From Alphaproteobacteria bacterium (GTDB lineage Bacteria; Pseudomonadota; Alphaproteobacteria; MPNO01): a stretch of DNA of 64,000 nucleotides. The DNA lies in assembly GCA_965248835.1 (NCBI GenBank), contig CBDFLJ010000001.1:2016001-2080000 (forward strand), written 5' to 3'. Both the position numbers and the translations under genes were made by a program. The number at the start of each line of letters is the position of its first letter. Position 1 is the stretch's first letter. This document shows positions 1-10,141 of the stretch, in pieces. Below the pieces are notes generated by a model. It saw only the letters and a list, made by a program, of their open reading frames with translations, ran no database searches and had not been told where the DNA came from.

Positions 1-448
1 TCGGGCCAAGCCGCTCCTCGAACGTCAGCACGTCGGCCATGAGCTGGCAGGGATGGGACCGGCCGGTCAGGCCGTTGATCACCGGGACCGTGGCGTGACG
101 GGCGAACTTGTCGAGCTTCTCCGCGCTGATCGTGCGGATCATGATCGCATCGACATAGCGCGACAGCACCTGGGCGGTATCTTCGATGGTCTCGCCACGG
201 CCGATCTGCATCTCGGCCGCGTTCAGCACCACCACGTCGCCGCCGAGGCTTTTCATCGCCACCTCGAAGGACACCCGGGTACGGGTCGAGGGCTTCTCGA
301 AGATCATCGCCAACGTCTGGCCGACCAGCGGCGGCGGGTCGCCCACCACGCCCGGATCGGCCTTCAGCGCCATCGAGCGGTCGACCAGCCGACGCAAATC
401 GGCCGGCGCATGACCGCCGAGATCGAGGAAATGGCGCGGCCCGCTCAC
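1..448 (-). CDS. argF: Ornithine carbamoyltransferase (3' part outside window)
   Basis: Manual translation from GTG at 448 gives (M)SGPRHFLDL...STRTRVSFE...HPCQL. It contains the carbamoyl-phosphate STRT motif and the HPCQ motif; the start overlaps the argD stop (GTGA). Confidence 0.95.
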   Translation of the reverse strand, partial: MSGPRHFLDLGGHAPADLRRLVDRSMALKADPGVVGDPPPLVGQTLAMIFEKPSTRTRVSFEVAMKSLGGDVVVLNAAEMQIGRGETIEDTAQVLSRYVDAIMIRTISAEKLDKFARHATVPVINGLTGRSHPCQLMADVLTFEERLGP

Positions 449-1617
449 CCGGCAAGTTCCGCGCAGCAAGCATCGATGATGTCGATCGCCTCGCGCAGGT
501 GCTCATCGGCGGCGATCAGCGGCGGCAGCAGCCGCACCACGTTCTCCGCGGCCGGCACGCTCAACAACCCGCGCCGGAACATCGCGCCGGCCAGCTCGGC
601 ATTGGGGATCGCGCACTTCATACCCCACATGAAGCCCACACCACGGACCTGTTCGACAACACCGGGATAGGTCGCGGCGAGGCCGGCCATCATCTCGCCC
701 AGACGGGCGCCGCGCGCCGCCACGCCGTCGAGGAAGCCGTCTTCGAGCACGATGTCGAGCACCGCGTTGGCCGCAGCGCAGGCCAGCGGGTTGCCGCCGA
801 AGGTGCTGCCATGGGTGCCGGGGACCATGCCGGCGGCCGCCCGTTCGGTGGCCAGGCACGCGCCGATCGGGAAACCGCCGCCGAGACCCTTGGCCAGCGC
901 CATCACGTCGGGCGCCACGCCGGCGGCCTGGTGGGCGAACAGATGCCCTGTCCGGCCCATCCCGCACTGGACTTCGTCACAGATCAGCAGCAGGTCGTGC
1001 GTGTCGCAGACCGCGCGCAGGCCGTGCAGGAAGGCCGGATCGCACAGGCGGATGCCGCCCTCGCCCTGGATCGGCTCGACCAGGATGCCGGCGGTCTGCG
1101 GCGTGACCGCCGCGTGCACCGCCTCGAGGTCGCCGTAGGCGACGCGGTCGAAGCCTTCGAGCAGCGGCCCGAAGCCCTTCTGGTGGGCCTCGCTCGCGCC
1201 GGCTGCGATCAGCGCCAGGGTCCTGCCGTGGAAGCTGCCGTCGAAGACGATGAACCGGGTGCGTTCGGGGTTGCCGGCTTCGAACTGGCACTTGCGGGCG
1301 GTCTTGAGGCTCGCCTCGACGGCTTCGGCGCCGGAATTGCAGAAAAAGACCGTGTCGGCGAAGCACGAAGCGGTCAGCCGGTCGGCTAGCCGGGTCTGCT
1401 CGGGGATCTGGTAGAGGTTGGAGGTGTGCCACAGCCTGCCCGCCTGATCGGTCAGCGCCGCGACAAGACGCGGATGGCAGTGGCCGGCCGCACACACGGC
1501 AATGCCGGCCCCGAAATCGAGGAACCGCCGCCCGTCGGTGGCAAAGAGGTAGCACCCCTCGCCGCGTTCGAAGGCGATTTCGGCGCGCCCGTAGTTCGGC
1601 ATCACGGCCGGTATCAT
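445..1617 (-). CDS. argD: Acetylornithine aminotransferase
   Basis: Class III aminotransferase motifs [30 protein letters not shown] and AKGLGGG; lies directly upstream of argF; GAGG RBS before ATG 1617. Confidence 0.93.
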   Translation of the reverse strand: MIPAVMPNYGRAEIAFERGEGCYLFATDGRRFLDFGAGIAVCAAGHCHPRLVAALTDQAGRLWHTSNLYQIPEQTRLADRLTASCFADTVFFCNSGAEAVEASLKTARKCQFEAGNPERTRFIVFDGSFHGRTLALIAAGASEAHQKGFGPLLEGFDRVAYGDLEAVHAAVTPQTAGILVEPIQGEGGIRLCDPAFLHGLRAVCDTHDLLLICDEVQCGMGRTGHLFAHQAAGVAPDVMALAKGLGGGFPIGACLATERAAAGMVPGTHGSTFGGNPLACAAANAVLDIVLEDGFLDGVAARGARLGEMMAGLAATYPGVVEQVRGVGFMWGMKCAIPNAELAGAMFRRGLLSVPAAENVVRLLPPLIAADEHLREAIDIIDACCAELAG

Positions 1618-1689
1618 GACTGGTCCTCGATCAAAAACGGGCCTCACGGCCCGCGACGGCTGAATATATGTTGCCCGGACCGAGAACTG

Positions 1690-2838
1690 TCAACGCCGCG
1701 CGCCGGGAGCTTCGGGCGGCACGAAGGGCTCCGCGCCCTCGGCCGCGATATAGACCGACCGGCTGGGGAAGGCGAACGCGCCGCCCGCGCCTTCGACGAT
1801 CTCCTTGATCCGGTAAGCCAGGCGCTCCTTCTCGGCCAGCCACTCGCCCCATACCGTGGTTCTGGTGAAGCAATAGACCATGATGTCGATCGAGGAGTCC
1901 GAGAAGCGGTCGATGCGCACGAACAGCGGCACCTCCGGCGGCTGGGCGAAGGCGCGGTCGCCGGTGATGAAGTCCTCGATCTCCTCGCGGATCCGGCCGA
2001 GCTGCTCGATCGTCGTGCCGTATTCCAGCCCGATCATCCAGGAGATCCGCCAATGGGTCATCCTGGTATGGTTGATCAGCGGGCTGTCGGACAGCTTGGC
2101 GTTGGGGACGTAGACCGGGGCCTTGTCGAACAGCCGGACCCGAGTCGAGCGGAAGCCGATCGCCTCCACCGTGCCGTCGACGACGCCCTCGACCGTGATC
2201 CAGTCGCCGCGGGCAAAGCGCTGCTCGCCGAGGATCAGGATGCCGGCGATGAGGTTGCGGAAGAGGTCCTGGGCGCCGAGGGCCACCGCGACGCCGATGA
2301 TCCCGAGCCCGGCCAGGATCGGCGCGACCTCGATCCCCCAGATCTCCAGGACGCTGACCGCGCCGAGGAAGACGAAGGCGACCTTGAGGCCGCGGATCAG
2401 CCAGTCGACCAGCTCGTCGGTCAACAGCGCCGCGATCCGTGGGGTCAGCACCCGCACCGCCTCGACCAGGCGGTAGAACGTCCAGAACAGCACGAAGGCC
2501 ACCAGCGAGCGCACGACATCGGTCGCCACCGCCGCGGCACCGCCCTCGAAGGGCAGGATCTCCTTGACGAAATAGGCGCCCACGACGATCGGCACGAACC
2601 GCAGGGGCGGCTCGAGCGCGGTGATCGCCGCGTCGTCGAGCGTGTTCTCGGTCCGCGCCGCCCAGCGCTGCAGCCGGGCGACCACGATGCGGGTGAACAG
2701 TCCGCGGATCAGGACGAAGACGACGAAGACGCCGAGAGCGCTGAGCACGTCGCTCAGGTCGACGCCGAGCGCGCCGACCTGCCAGACCTCGGCGACCAGC
2801 GCGGCGAAGCCTTCCAGGCGGTCAACGGTCGTTTCCAT
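1690..2838 (-). CDS. Small-conductance mechanosensitive channel (MscS/YnaI-like)
   Basis: Several TM helices followed by LAGLGIIGVAVALGAQD..NLIAG, GDWI, GTVEAIGFRST, VPN and FAFP. Confidence 0.9.
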   Translation of the reverse strand: METTVDRLEGFAALVAEVWQVGALGVDLSDVLSALGVFVVFVLIRGLFTRIVVARLQRWAARTENTLDDAAITALEPPLRFVPIVVGAYFVKEILPFEGGAAAVATDVVRSLVAFVLFWTFYRLVEAVRVLTPRIAALLTDELVDWLIRGLKVAFVFLGAVSVLEIWGIEVAPILAGLGIIGVAVALGAQDLFRNLIAGILILGEQRFARGDWITVEGVVDGTVEAIGFRSTRVRLFDKAPVYVPNAKLSDSPLINHTRMTHWRISWMIGLEYGTTIEQLGRIREEIEDFITGDRAFAQPPEVPLFVRIDRFSDSSIDIMVYCFTRTTVWGEWLAEKERLAYRIKEIVEGAGGAFAFPSRSVYIAAEGAEPFVPPEAPGARR

Positions 2839-3029
2839 CCTCTCTTCCCTTGCTTGCGGGAACACGTCGTTGTTGGCCGCGGGGCCATCCCCTATCATTC
2901 GCCTGCCGCAGAAGACAGAACAGATTTGCAGGCGATGCCGTGATCGGGCGTCCCGCGCCCGGTTGCGGGCGGCCGGCGGATTGATTATTGCATCGGCTGC
3001 GCGGCAAGCCGGATTGCGGGGAATAGAGG

Positions 3030-5348
3030 ATGGCCAAGTTCGGTATCGGTCAGGGCGTTCCACGGTGGGAGGACCCGCGGCTCCTGCGCGGCGGCGGCCG
3101 TTACAGCGACGACGTCAACATCGCCGGTCAGGCCTACGGCGCGGTCCTGCGCTCGCCCCATGCCCATGCGCGGATCATCGGCATCGATACCGCTGCGGCT
3201 TCCGCCGCGCCGGGCGTGCTCGCGGTCTATACCCACGCCGATGTCGCCGACCTCGGCGGCATCCCGTGCGTGGTGGCGCGCAGCAAGGCCGACGGAACGC
3301 CGATGTTCACCCCACCCAACCTGGCGCTGCGCAAGAACCGGGTCCGCATGGTGGGCGATCCCGTCGCCTTCGTCGTCGCCGAGACCGCCGCCCGGGCGCG
3401 CGATGCGGCCGAGTTGATCACCGTCGACTACGCGCCGTTGGGATCGGTCACCCGAACCGCCGACGCGCAGGCCGCGGGCACACAGGCGGTCTGGGACGAA
3501 TGCCCGGACAATGTCTGCTTCGTCTTCGATGAGGGCGACAAGGCGGCCGCCGAGGCTGCGTTCGCCGCCGCCCACCACGTCACCAGACTCGATTTCATCG
3601 TCACCCGCGTCGCCGTCGCCCCGATGGAGCCGCGCGCATGCATCGGCGAATACGACATTTTCACCGGCCGCTACACGCTGCATACCGGAGTGCAGGGGCC
3701 GCATTGGATGCGCCAGGCGACCGCGGGGCCGATCCTCAAGGTCTCGGAAGGCGACCTCAGGGTGATCAGCCGCGACATGGGCGGCGCGTTCGGGATGCGC
3801 TCCGGCCCCTATTGCGAGTACGTCCTGTGCCTGTTCGCGGCCAAGGCGCTCGGCCGGCCGGTCAAATGGACCGGCGAGCGCTCCGAAGGGTTCATGAGCG
3901 ACGACCAGGCGCGCGACAACGTCTCCCGGGCGGAGCTCGCGCTCGACGCGGACGGCCGGTTCCTCGCCCTGCGGGTCAGCACGACGGCCAATCTCGGCGC
4001 CTATCTCTCGCTCCTGGGGCCGCATTCCTCGACCAACAATCTCGGCACGCTGGCCGGGCCGTACGAGACGCCGGCGATCTACACCCACATCACCGGCGTG
4101 TTCACCAACACGCAATCCACCGGGCCCTACCGCGGCGCGGGGCGGCCCGAGGCGGCCTATGCGATCGAGCGGGTGATCGACACCGCGGCCGACGAGATGG
4201 GGATCGACGCCGCGGAGCTGCGCCGGCGCAACTACATCCCGGACGGTTCCTTCCCGTACAAGACCGGGCTGGTGTTCACTTACGATTCCGGCGCGTTCGA
4301 AGACAACATGGATGCCGCCTTGAAGATGGTCGACTACGCCGGCTTCGCCGGCCGCCGCGCGGCCGCCGAGGCGCGGGGCCGGCTCGCCGGGATCGGCATC
4401 GCCAACGTCATCGAGCAGTCCGCCGGCGGCTTTCCGGAATGGGCGCAGATCCGCTTCGACAGCTCGGGCTCGCTCACGCTGACCATGGGCACCCACAACC
4501 ACGGCCAGGGGCACGAGACCATCTTCCGCCAGATTCTGTCGGACAAGCTCGGGCTGGAATTCGAGCAGATCCGCATCTCCCAGGGCGACAGCGACGAGGT
4601 GATGGCGGGTAACGGGACCTTCGGCTCGCGTTCGTCGGGCGTCGGCGGGGCCGCGATCATGATGGCCGCCGACAAGGTGATCGACAAATGCCGCAAGGTC
4701 GCCGCCCACAAGCTCGAAGCGGCGGAGGAAGACGTCGAGTTCGTCGACGGCAATTTCACCGTCGCCGGCACCGACCGCAGCCTCGGGATGGTCGAGGCGG
4801 CCAAGCTCGCCAACGCCTTCATGGAGGTGCCGCCCGGGATGGAGCCCGGGCTCAACGAATGGGCCGCCTGGACCCCGCCGGCACCCACCTTCCCCAACGG
4901 CTGCCATGTCTGCGAGGTCGAGATCGACCCCGACACCGGGGACTGCGAGATCCTGCGCTATGCCGCGGTCGATGACGTGGGCACGGTGATCAACCCTCTG
5001 CTGATGGAAGGCCAGCTCCACGGCGGGATCGTCCAGGGTCTCGGCCAGATCATGATGGAGAACGTCGTCTGGGAGCCCGGATCGGGCCAGCTCCTGGCAG
5101 GCTCGTTCATGGACTACACCATGCCCAGGGCCGATAACCTGCCGAGCTTCGAGATGGGCATCAACGAGGTGCCGACGCCGACCAACCCGATGGGTATCAA
5201 GGGCGCCGGCGAGGCCGGCTGCGTCGGCGCGATGCCGGCGCTGATGAATGCGATCATGGATGCGCTGAGCCCGCTCGGCGTGCGCAGCTTCGACATGCCG
5301 GCCACGCCCGAACGGCTGTGGCGGGCGATCAACCGGGCGGCAGCCTGA
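3030..5348 (+). CDS. Xanthine dehydrogenase family molybdopterin-binding subunit (CoxL form II-like)
   Basis: IGQ.VPR.ED.RLL.G.G.Y.DD, RSPHAHARI, GGAFG, PYRGAGRPEA, HGQGHET, QLHGGIVQGLG, KGAGEAG. Confidence 0.92.
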   Translation: MAKFGIGQGVPRWEDPRLLRGGGRYSDDVNIAGQAYGAVLRSPHAHARIIGIDTAAASAAPGVLAVYTHADVADLGGIPCVVARSKADGTPMFTPPNLALRKNRVRMVGDPVAFVVAETAARARDAAELITVDYAPLGSVTRTADAQAAGTQAVWDECPDNVCFVFDEGDKAAAEAAFAAAHHVTRLDFIVTRVAVAPMEPRACIGEYDIFTGRYTLHTGVQGPHWMRQATAGPILKVSEGDLRVISRDMGGAFGMRSGPYCEYVLCLFAAKALGRPVKWTGERSEGFMSDDQARDNVSRAELALDADGRFLALRVSTTANLGAYLSLLGPHSSTNNLGTLAGPYETPAIYTHITGVFTNTQSTGPYRGAGRPEAAYAIERVIDTAADEMGIDAAELRRRNYIPDGSFPYKTGLVFTYDSGAFEDNMDAALKMVDYAGFAGRRAAAEARGRLAGIGIANVIEQSAGGFPEWAQIRFDSSGSLTLTMGTHNHGQGHETIFRQILSDKLGLEFEQIRISQGDSDEVMAGNGTFGSRSSGVGGAAIMMAADKVIDKCRKVAAHKLEAAEEDVEFVDGNFTVAGTDRSLGMVEAAKLANAFMEVPPGMEPGLNEWAAWTPPAPTFPNGCHVCEVEIDPDTGDCEILRYAAVDDVGTVINPLLMEGQLHGGIVQGLGQIMMENVVWEPGSGQLLAGSFMDYTMPRADNLPSFEMGINEVPTPTNPMGIKGAGEAGCVGAMPALMNAIMDALSPLGVRSFDMPATPERLWRAINRAAA

Positions 5349-5366
5349 CCGGCACGGAGGACGAGG

Positions 5367-5996
5367 ATGGAGTTCCAGAACCAGTTCAATGTCGACGTCC
5401 CGCCGGAGGAGGCGTGGACGATCCTGACCGACATCGAACGCATCGCACCGTGCATGCCAGGCGCCGCGGTCACCGAGGTGATCGACGAGAACACCTTCAA
5501 GGGCACGGTCTCGGTCCGGCTCGGCCCGGTCGCGCTGACCTTCGCCGGCGAGGCCAGCTTCGAGGACCGCGACGACGCCGGCCACTCCGCCCGGGTGAAG
5601 GCCCAGGGGCGCGATGCCAAGGGACGCGGCGGCGCCAACGCCGACGTCCGGTTCCGCCTAGTGCCGGCCGAAGGTTCAGCGACCACGGTGGAGATCCAGA
5701 CCGACCTGCAGCTCTCGGGCTCGGTTGCCCAGTACGGCCGCGGCGTCGGCATGATCAAGGATGTCGCCACCCAGCTCATCAACCAGTTCGCCGCCGCCCT
5801 TCACCAGCAGATCACCGCCGACCAGCAGGCGGCCGCCGAAGCCGAGGGCGCGGAGGAAGCTGCCGCGCCCGCCGCCGAGCCCCCTGCCCCGCCGGCCGCC
5901 AAGCCGATCTCGGGTGTCGGGCTCGGCCTGACGGTGACGTGGAACGCCTTCGTCCGCGGCCTCAAGCGGCTGTTGGGAATCCGCTCCGAGGGCTGA
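5367..5996 (+). CDS. CoxG / SRPBCC family protein
   Basis: W..LTDIERIAPCMPGA and LSGSVAQYGRG motifs, an Ala/Pro linker and a C-terminal anchor; follows the Mo-subunit gene. Confidence 0.88.
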   Translation: MEFQNQFNVDVPPEEAWTILTDIERIAPCMPGAAVTEVIDENTFKGTVSVRLGPVALTFAGEASFEDRDDAGHSARVKAQGRDAKGRGGANADVRFRLVPAEGSATTVEIQTDLQLSGSVAQYGRGVGMIKDVATQLINQFAAALHQQITADQQAAAEAEGAEEAAAPAAEPPAPPAAKPISGVGLGLTVTWNAFVRGLKRLLGIRSEG

Positions 5997-6053
5997 AAAT
6001 ATCGGCGCCGGAGCGTGCGGCCATACGCCGCCGCGATGGCGTGACGGAGACCC

Positions 6054-7205
6054 TCACCAGAGCTGGCTGGTCGCCAGTTTCGCGCCCTCGGCCATCGCCG
6101 CGAACTTGGCCCAGATCACCGTCGGGTGGACCTCGGTGTGATAGCACGCCTGGGACGAGAAGCCGCAATCGCCGCCGGCCAGGAGATTCTCGCGGCCGAC
6201 CAGCCTGGCGAAGCGCACGATACGCTCGGCGATCAGCTCGGGATGCTCGACGATGTTGCTGGCGTGGGTGATCACGCCGGGAATGAGCGCCTTGCCGTCG
6301 GCCAGCTTGACGTCCTCGAAGACATGGTACTCGTGCTCGTGCCGCGGGTTCGCCGCCTCGAAGGAATAGCTGCCGGCATCGATGTCGAGCATGTATTGGC
6401 AGACCTGGCGGAGCGGCGCCTCGTGGATCCGCGGCCCTTCATTGATGCCGTAGCAGGTGTGATAGCGGATCCTGTCCTGGTCGATGCCGCGGACCGCGTG
6501 GTTGAGCGCCTCGACGTAAAGCCGGCATTTGCGGTCCTTGCCGGCGTCATCGAGCGCCGGGTCGACCAGGATGTCGCACAGAAAAGGGTCGTCGATCTGA
6601 AGCAGGAACCCGGCCTCGACGATTGCGAGATACTCGGTGCGCAGGGCCTCGGCGACCGCCTCGGCATACGCCTCCTCGGTGGCGTAGTGGTCGTTGTAGC
6701 CCACGCCGGCCGGCGAGATCGCGGGCACGAACGCATCCTCGCACGCCAGCCCGTCGAGCGCGGTCTTGAGATTGTCGAGGTCGCGGCCGAGGGCCTCCCC
6801 GCCCTTGTAGCGCACCGGGCCGACGCAATAGATCGGCGCCATCGGCACGACCGCCCCGCCCATCATCACGCGGGCGAAATACTCCTCGTAATATTCGGGG
6901 AAGGCGGCGATCTCGGCCGCGAAGAGGTTGTATTTCTCGTCCTTCCTGACCTCGAAGCCGTCCATCCGTTCTTCGATATAGGCGAAGAAGCCGGGCTTGG
7001 ACATCTCGCCGTCGGCGACCACGTCGATGCCGAGATCGACCTGGCGCTTGACGATCTCGGCCACGCCGTCGCGGATCTTCTCGCGATAGGCGGCCTCGTC
7101 ATAGCCACCGCCGGTGTATTTGGCCTTCATGATATCGAGGACCTCGACGGTCCGGGGCAGGCTGCCCACGTGGGTGGTCAGAATGCGGTCGGAGTGTCCT
7201 TGCAT
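6054..7205 (-). CDS. Cobalamin-independent methionine synthase II family (MetE C-terminal-like) protein
   Basis: ILTTHVGSLPR, DGEMSK, and Zn-ligand motifs HTCYG, FEAANPRHEHE and DCGF; GGAGG RBS before ATG 7205. Confidence 0.88.
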   Translation of the reverse strand: MQGHSDRILTTHVGSLPRTVEVLDIMKAKYTGGGYDEAAYREKIRDGVAEIVKRQVDLGIDVVADGEMSKPGFFAYIEERMDGFEVRKDEKYNLFAAEIAAFPEYYEEYFARVMMGGAVVPMAPIYCVGPVRYKGGEALGRDLDNLKTALDGLACEDAFVPAISPAGVGYNDHYATEEAYAEAVAEALRTEYLAIVEAGFLLQIDDPFLCDILVDPALDDAGKDRKCRLYVEALNHAVRGIDQDRIRYHTCYGINEGPRIHEAPLRQVCQYMLDIDAGSYSFEAANPRHEHEYHVFEDVKLADGKALIPGVITHASNIVEHPELIAERIVRFARLVGRENLLAGGDCGFSSQACYHTEVHPTVIWAKFAAMAEGAKLATSQLW

Positions 7206-7267
7206 GGCTGCTGCCTCCGGTTGTCGGTGCGCGTTGGGCAAAGCTTTCCCGCCGGGCCCCGGCGGCG

Positions 7268-8461
7268 TCAATGCGCCTGGAGCCCGAGCACGTTCCAGCC
7301 CGCGCCCTCGGGCGCCGCGCCCAGCAGCACCGTGCCGCAGTCCTGGGTGATCTCGTCTGCGAGCAGCAGGTGCTGGGTGCCGCCATGGACGTCGCGGTAG
7401 CAGCGCTGGAGGGTGCTCGCGCGCAGCGAGATGCCGCGCGAGACGCGGTGGGCGAACGTCGCGTTCTCCGAGATCACGTTGTGGATGTGGCGCATCGCGA
7501 GCCGGATCAGCGCGATCTGCTCGACGCTGCCGGCGCGCCCTTGGGCGAAGCTCTCGCACAGATCGTCCCAGGCGGCGTAGACGAAGGCGCGCGCGGCGCG
7601 GTACTTGCCCTCGGCCTCGGCGAAGGCCTGCTTGAAGGACGGGCTGTCGGTCATTTTGCCGAAGGCGTCGACCCGCGCGCGGGCATGCCCGGCCAGCTCG
7701 TCCAGCGTCCGCCGCCCGATACCGAGCGCCCAGCTCGTATGACCCCAGGTGGTCGAGCCGACTAGGCCCGAGCCGTATTGGATGCCGCCGCGCATCAAAG
7801 TCGGGTTGTCGAACCGGTAGCAATGGCTCGCCGGCACGAACAGCTCGCCACCCTTGACCGTATAGTCGAAGCTGCCGGTGCCCCTGAGCCCCAGCACGTC
7901 CCAGTTGCCCTTGAGGTCGATCGTCTTCTTGGGGTGGTGGCACAACACGATCTCGGGATGGCCGTACGCGTTCATACGCATGTCTTCGCCGTCCATCACG
8001 AAGCATCCGGAGTGCACCCACTCGGCGTGATGAATCCCGCTGCCATAGGCCCAATTGCCTTTGATCCGGTAACCGCCGTCCTCCGGCCATGCATAGCCGC
8101 GCGGCACGCCCTGGCCGGACATGGTCACGTCCGGCCCGTCGGGGAAGACATCGCGCGCGCCTTCGTCGGGCAGGAACGGGCCGGAGGAGGAGACCTGGAC
8201 ATTCTGGACCATCAGGCACCACCCGGCCGAGCCTTCGGCGCGGGCCAGCATCTCGACGATCTCCATCGCCTCCACGAACGGCAATTCGATCCCGCCCAGC
8301 GGCTTCGGCAACAGCATCTGGTAAAGACCGGTGCGGCGCATCTCGGCGACCACCTGGTCGGTCTGGCGGTAAAGCGCCTCGGCCTCGTCGGCGTTGGCTT
8401 CGGCGAGCGGCGAAAGGTCCTTTACGGCCGCCTTCAGGTCGTCGAACGATGGCGTTGCCAT
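7268..8461 (-). CDS. Acyl-CoA dehydrogenase-fold flavin-dependent hydroxylase (HsaA-like)
   Basis: LPKPLGG.E, GSAGW, GYRIKGNWAYGSG..HAEW, WDVLGLRGTGS and LQRCYRDVH..TQH. Confidence 0.82.
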   Translation of the reverse strand: MATPSFDDLKAAVKDLSPLAEANADEAEALYRQTDQVVAEMRRTGLYQMLLPKPLGGIELPFVEAMEIVEMLARAEGSAGWCLMVQNVQVSSSGPFLPDEGARDVFPDGPDVTMSGQGVPRGYAWPEDGGYRIKGNWAYGSGIHHAEWVHSGCFVMDGEDMRMNAYGHPEIVLCHHPKKTIDLKGNWDVLGLRGTGSFDYTVKGGELFVPASHCYRFDNPTLMRGGIQYGSGLVGSTTWGHTSWALGIGRRTLDELAGHARARVDAFGKMTDSPSFKQAFAEAEGKYRAARAFVYAAWDDLCESFAQGRAGSVEQIALIRLAMRHIHNVISENATFAHRVSRGISLRASTLQRCYRDVHGGTQHLLLADEITQDCGTVLLGAAPEGAGWNVLGLQAH

Positions 8462-8690
8462 GAAATCCTCCCATAGTTCTTCCGCAAGGTTACGCCCTAA
8501 CGGGGCGCGGACGCTACAGCCATGGCGCTGGACGGGCGCACCGTAGCGGGGGAAGATGGCCGGCAACCGACGAACTGCGGGCGGGCGAGGCGCCGCGCAA
8601 AACTTCCGTTTTGCGACGGGAAGCTTCGCCCGCGATCCGCCGATCACGAGGTTCGATTGGCACCGGTGAAAACCGGCAGAGGAGGATCCG

Positions 8691-9557
8691 ATGGATCATG
8701 GACGGTTCGACTATCAGCCGATCATCGACCGCAAGCCGCTTAAGCTGCCGGGCGGCGCGCATGTCGCGGTATGGGTGATCCCCAATATCGAGTATTTCGC
8801 ATGGGGCGAGCCGGGGATCGGCATCACCCAGGTCACCGCCAATTTCAAGCCCGACGTGCTCAACCATTCCTGGCGCGACTTCGGGGTGCGGGTCGGCATC
8901 TGGCGGCTGATGGAGGTGCTGGAGAAGAACGGCGTCAAGGCCACCGTCGCGCTCAATTCCGACGTCTGCAAGCACCACCGGCGGATCATCGAAGAAGGCG
9001 AAAAGCTGGGCTGGGAATGGATGGGCCACGGCCGGACGAATTCCGAGATCATCAACGCCCAATCGCCGGACGACGAGCGCGCGCTGATCGAGGAAGTGGC
9101 CGGGACGATCGCCGAGGCGACCGGGCGGCGGCCGCGCGGTTGGCTGGGCCCGGCGCTCACCGAGTCATACAACACCCTCGATATCCTGGCCGAAGCCGGG
9201 TTCGAGTATGTCTGCGACTGGGTGAACGACGAGCAGCCCTACCCGATCCGCACCAAAGCGGGACCCTTGATCTCGATCCCCTACTCGATCGAGGTCAACG
9301 ACATCCCGACCTTCATCGACCGCGGCGGCAGCGCCGAGCAGTTCTACCGCATGGTGGTCGACCAGTTCGACTGGCTCTATCAGGAGGGCGCCGAAAACGC
9401 CCGGGTCATGGCGATCTGCCTGCACCCGTTCCTGATCGGCCATGCTTTCCGAGCCAAGTACCTCGACCGGGCTCTCGCCCACATCGCCGGCCACGACAAG
9501 GTCTGGCTGGCCCAGGGCGCGGAGATCCTCGACTGGTACACGGAAGATTTGAAATGA
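8691..9557 (+). CDS. Polysaccharide deacetylase family protein (PuuE allantoinase-like)
   Basis: VAVWVIPNIE, WRDFG.RVG.WR, WEWMGHG, PRGWLGP, DW.NDEQPY, PYS.EVND and LHPFLIG. Confidence 0.85.
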   Translation: MDHGRFDYQPIIDRKPLKLPGGAHVAVWVIPNIEYFAWGEPGIGITQVTANFKPDVLNHSWRDFGVRVGIWRLMEVLEKNGVKATVALNSDVCKHHRRIIEEGEKLGWEWMGHGRTNSEIINAQSPDDERALIEEVAGTIAEATGRRPRGWLGPALTESYNTLDILAEAGFEYVCDWVNDEQPYPIRTKAGPLISIPYSIEVNDIPTFIDRGGSAEQFYRMVVDQFDWLYQEGAENARVMAICLHPFLIGHAFRAKYLDRALAHIAGHDKVWLAQGAEILDWYTEDLK

Positions 9558-9566
9558 GGCAGGACC

Positions 9567-10106
9567 ATGGACCAAGGCGAAAATGGCAAGCCGCTTGAGG
9601 CGCGCCTGCGGGATATCGAAGACCGGCTGGCGATCTACGATCTGATCGCCTCGCACCCGCCGAGCGCCGACACCGCGGCCGACTATTACACCCGCGCGGT
9701 CTATACCGAAGACGGCGCCTTCGACCGCGGCGAAGGGCTGGCGGGCGCGTCGGGCAACGAGGCGATCGCCGCCATGACGTTGTCGGCCGGGCACCAGGAG
9801 GCAATCCGGGGCGGGCTCGCCCATTTCACCGGATTGCCGCATATCGTCCTCGACGGCGATACGGCCTGTGTCACCTCGTACCTGCAGATTCTCCACCCGG
9901 ACGCGCAGGGCGAGGACCGGGAGCTCGCAAATCACGGCCGCTCCCGAGGATTTCGCATCCACCGCGTCGCCGCCAACCGGTGGACCCTGATACGCACGCC
10001 GCAGGGCTGGAAGATCAAAAGCCGGCAACTGCGCCCGATCGACGGATCGGCGCCGGCCCGGGAAATCCTCGCACAGGCGCTCGCCGGCTTTCGTCCGGCG
10101 GAGTAA
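9567..10106 (+). CDS. SnoaL/NTF2-like family protein
   Basis: RL..IEDRLAIYDLIA, YTEDG.FD, DGDTA..TSY and C-terminal GWKIKSR. Confidence 0.8.
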   Translation: MDQGENGKPLEARLRDIEDRLAIYDLIASHPPSADTAADYYTRAVYTEDGAFDRGEGLAGASGNEAIAAMTLSAGHQEAIRGGLAHFTGLPHIVLDGDTACVTSYLQILHPDAQGEDRELANHGRSRGFRIHRVAANRWTLIRTPQGWKIKSRQLRPIDGSAPAREILAQALAGFRPAE

Positions 10107-10141
10107 ACGCCGTCCGCGCCGCGCCCGGTCAACGGCGCCTC

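Noticed and set aside
1660-1676. ARG box upstream of argD (TGAATATATGTTGC)
   Set aside because: Only a half match and a single copy; more likely part of the promoter.
3030-5348. True aerobic CO dehydrogenase (form I CoxL)
   Set aside because: The active-site loop is PYRGAGR rather than AYxCSFR, and coxM/coxS are absent.
2985-5585. Long antisense ORFs over the Mo-subunit gene, and likewise over polA (45145-47361), rpsA (54676-56901) and aroA (57616-59205)
   Set aside because: Stop-poor mirror frames caused by high GC3 codon bias; the opposite strand carries the recognisable proteins.
6054-8474. 806-aa ORF, and the 602-aa ORF at 32936-34744, read as fusions
   Set aside because: Their upstream parts are off-frame overlaps of the neighbouring genes; the real starts with RBS are at 7205 and 33610.
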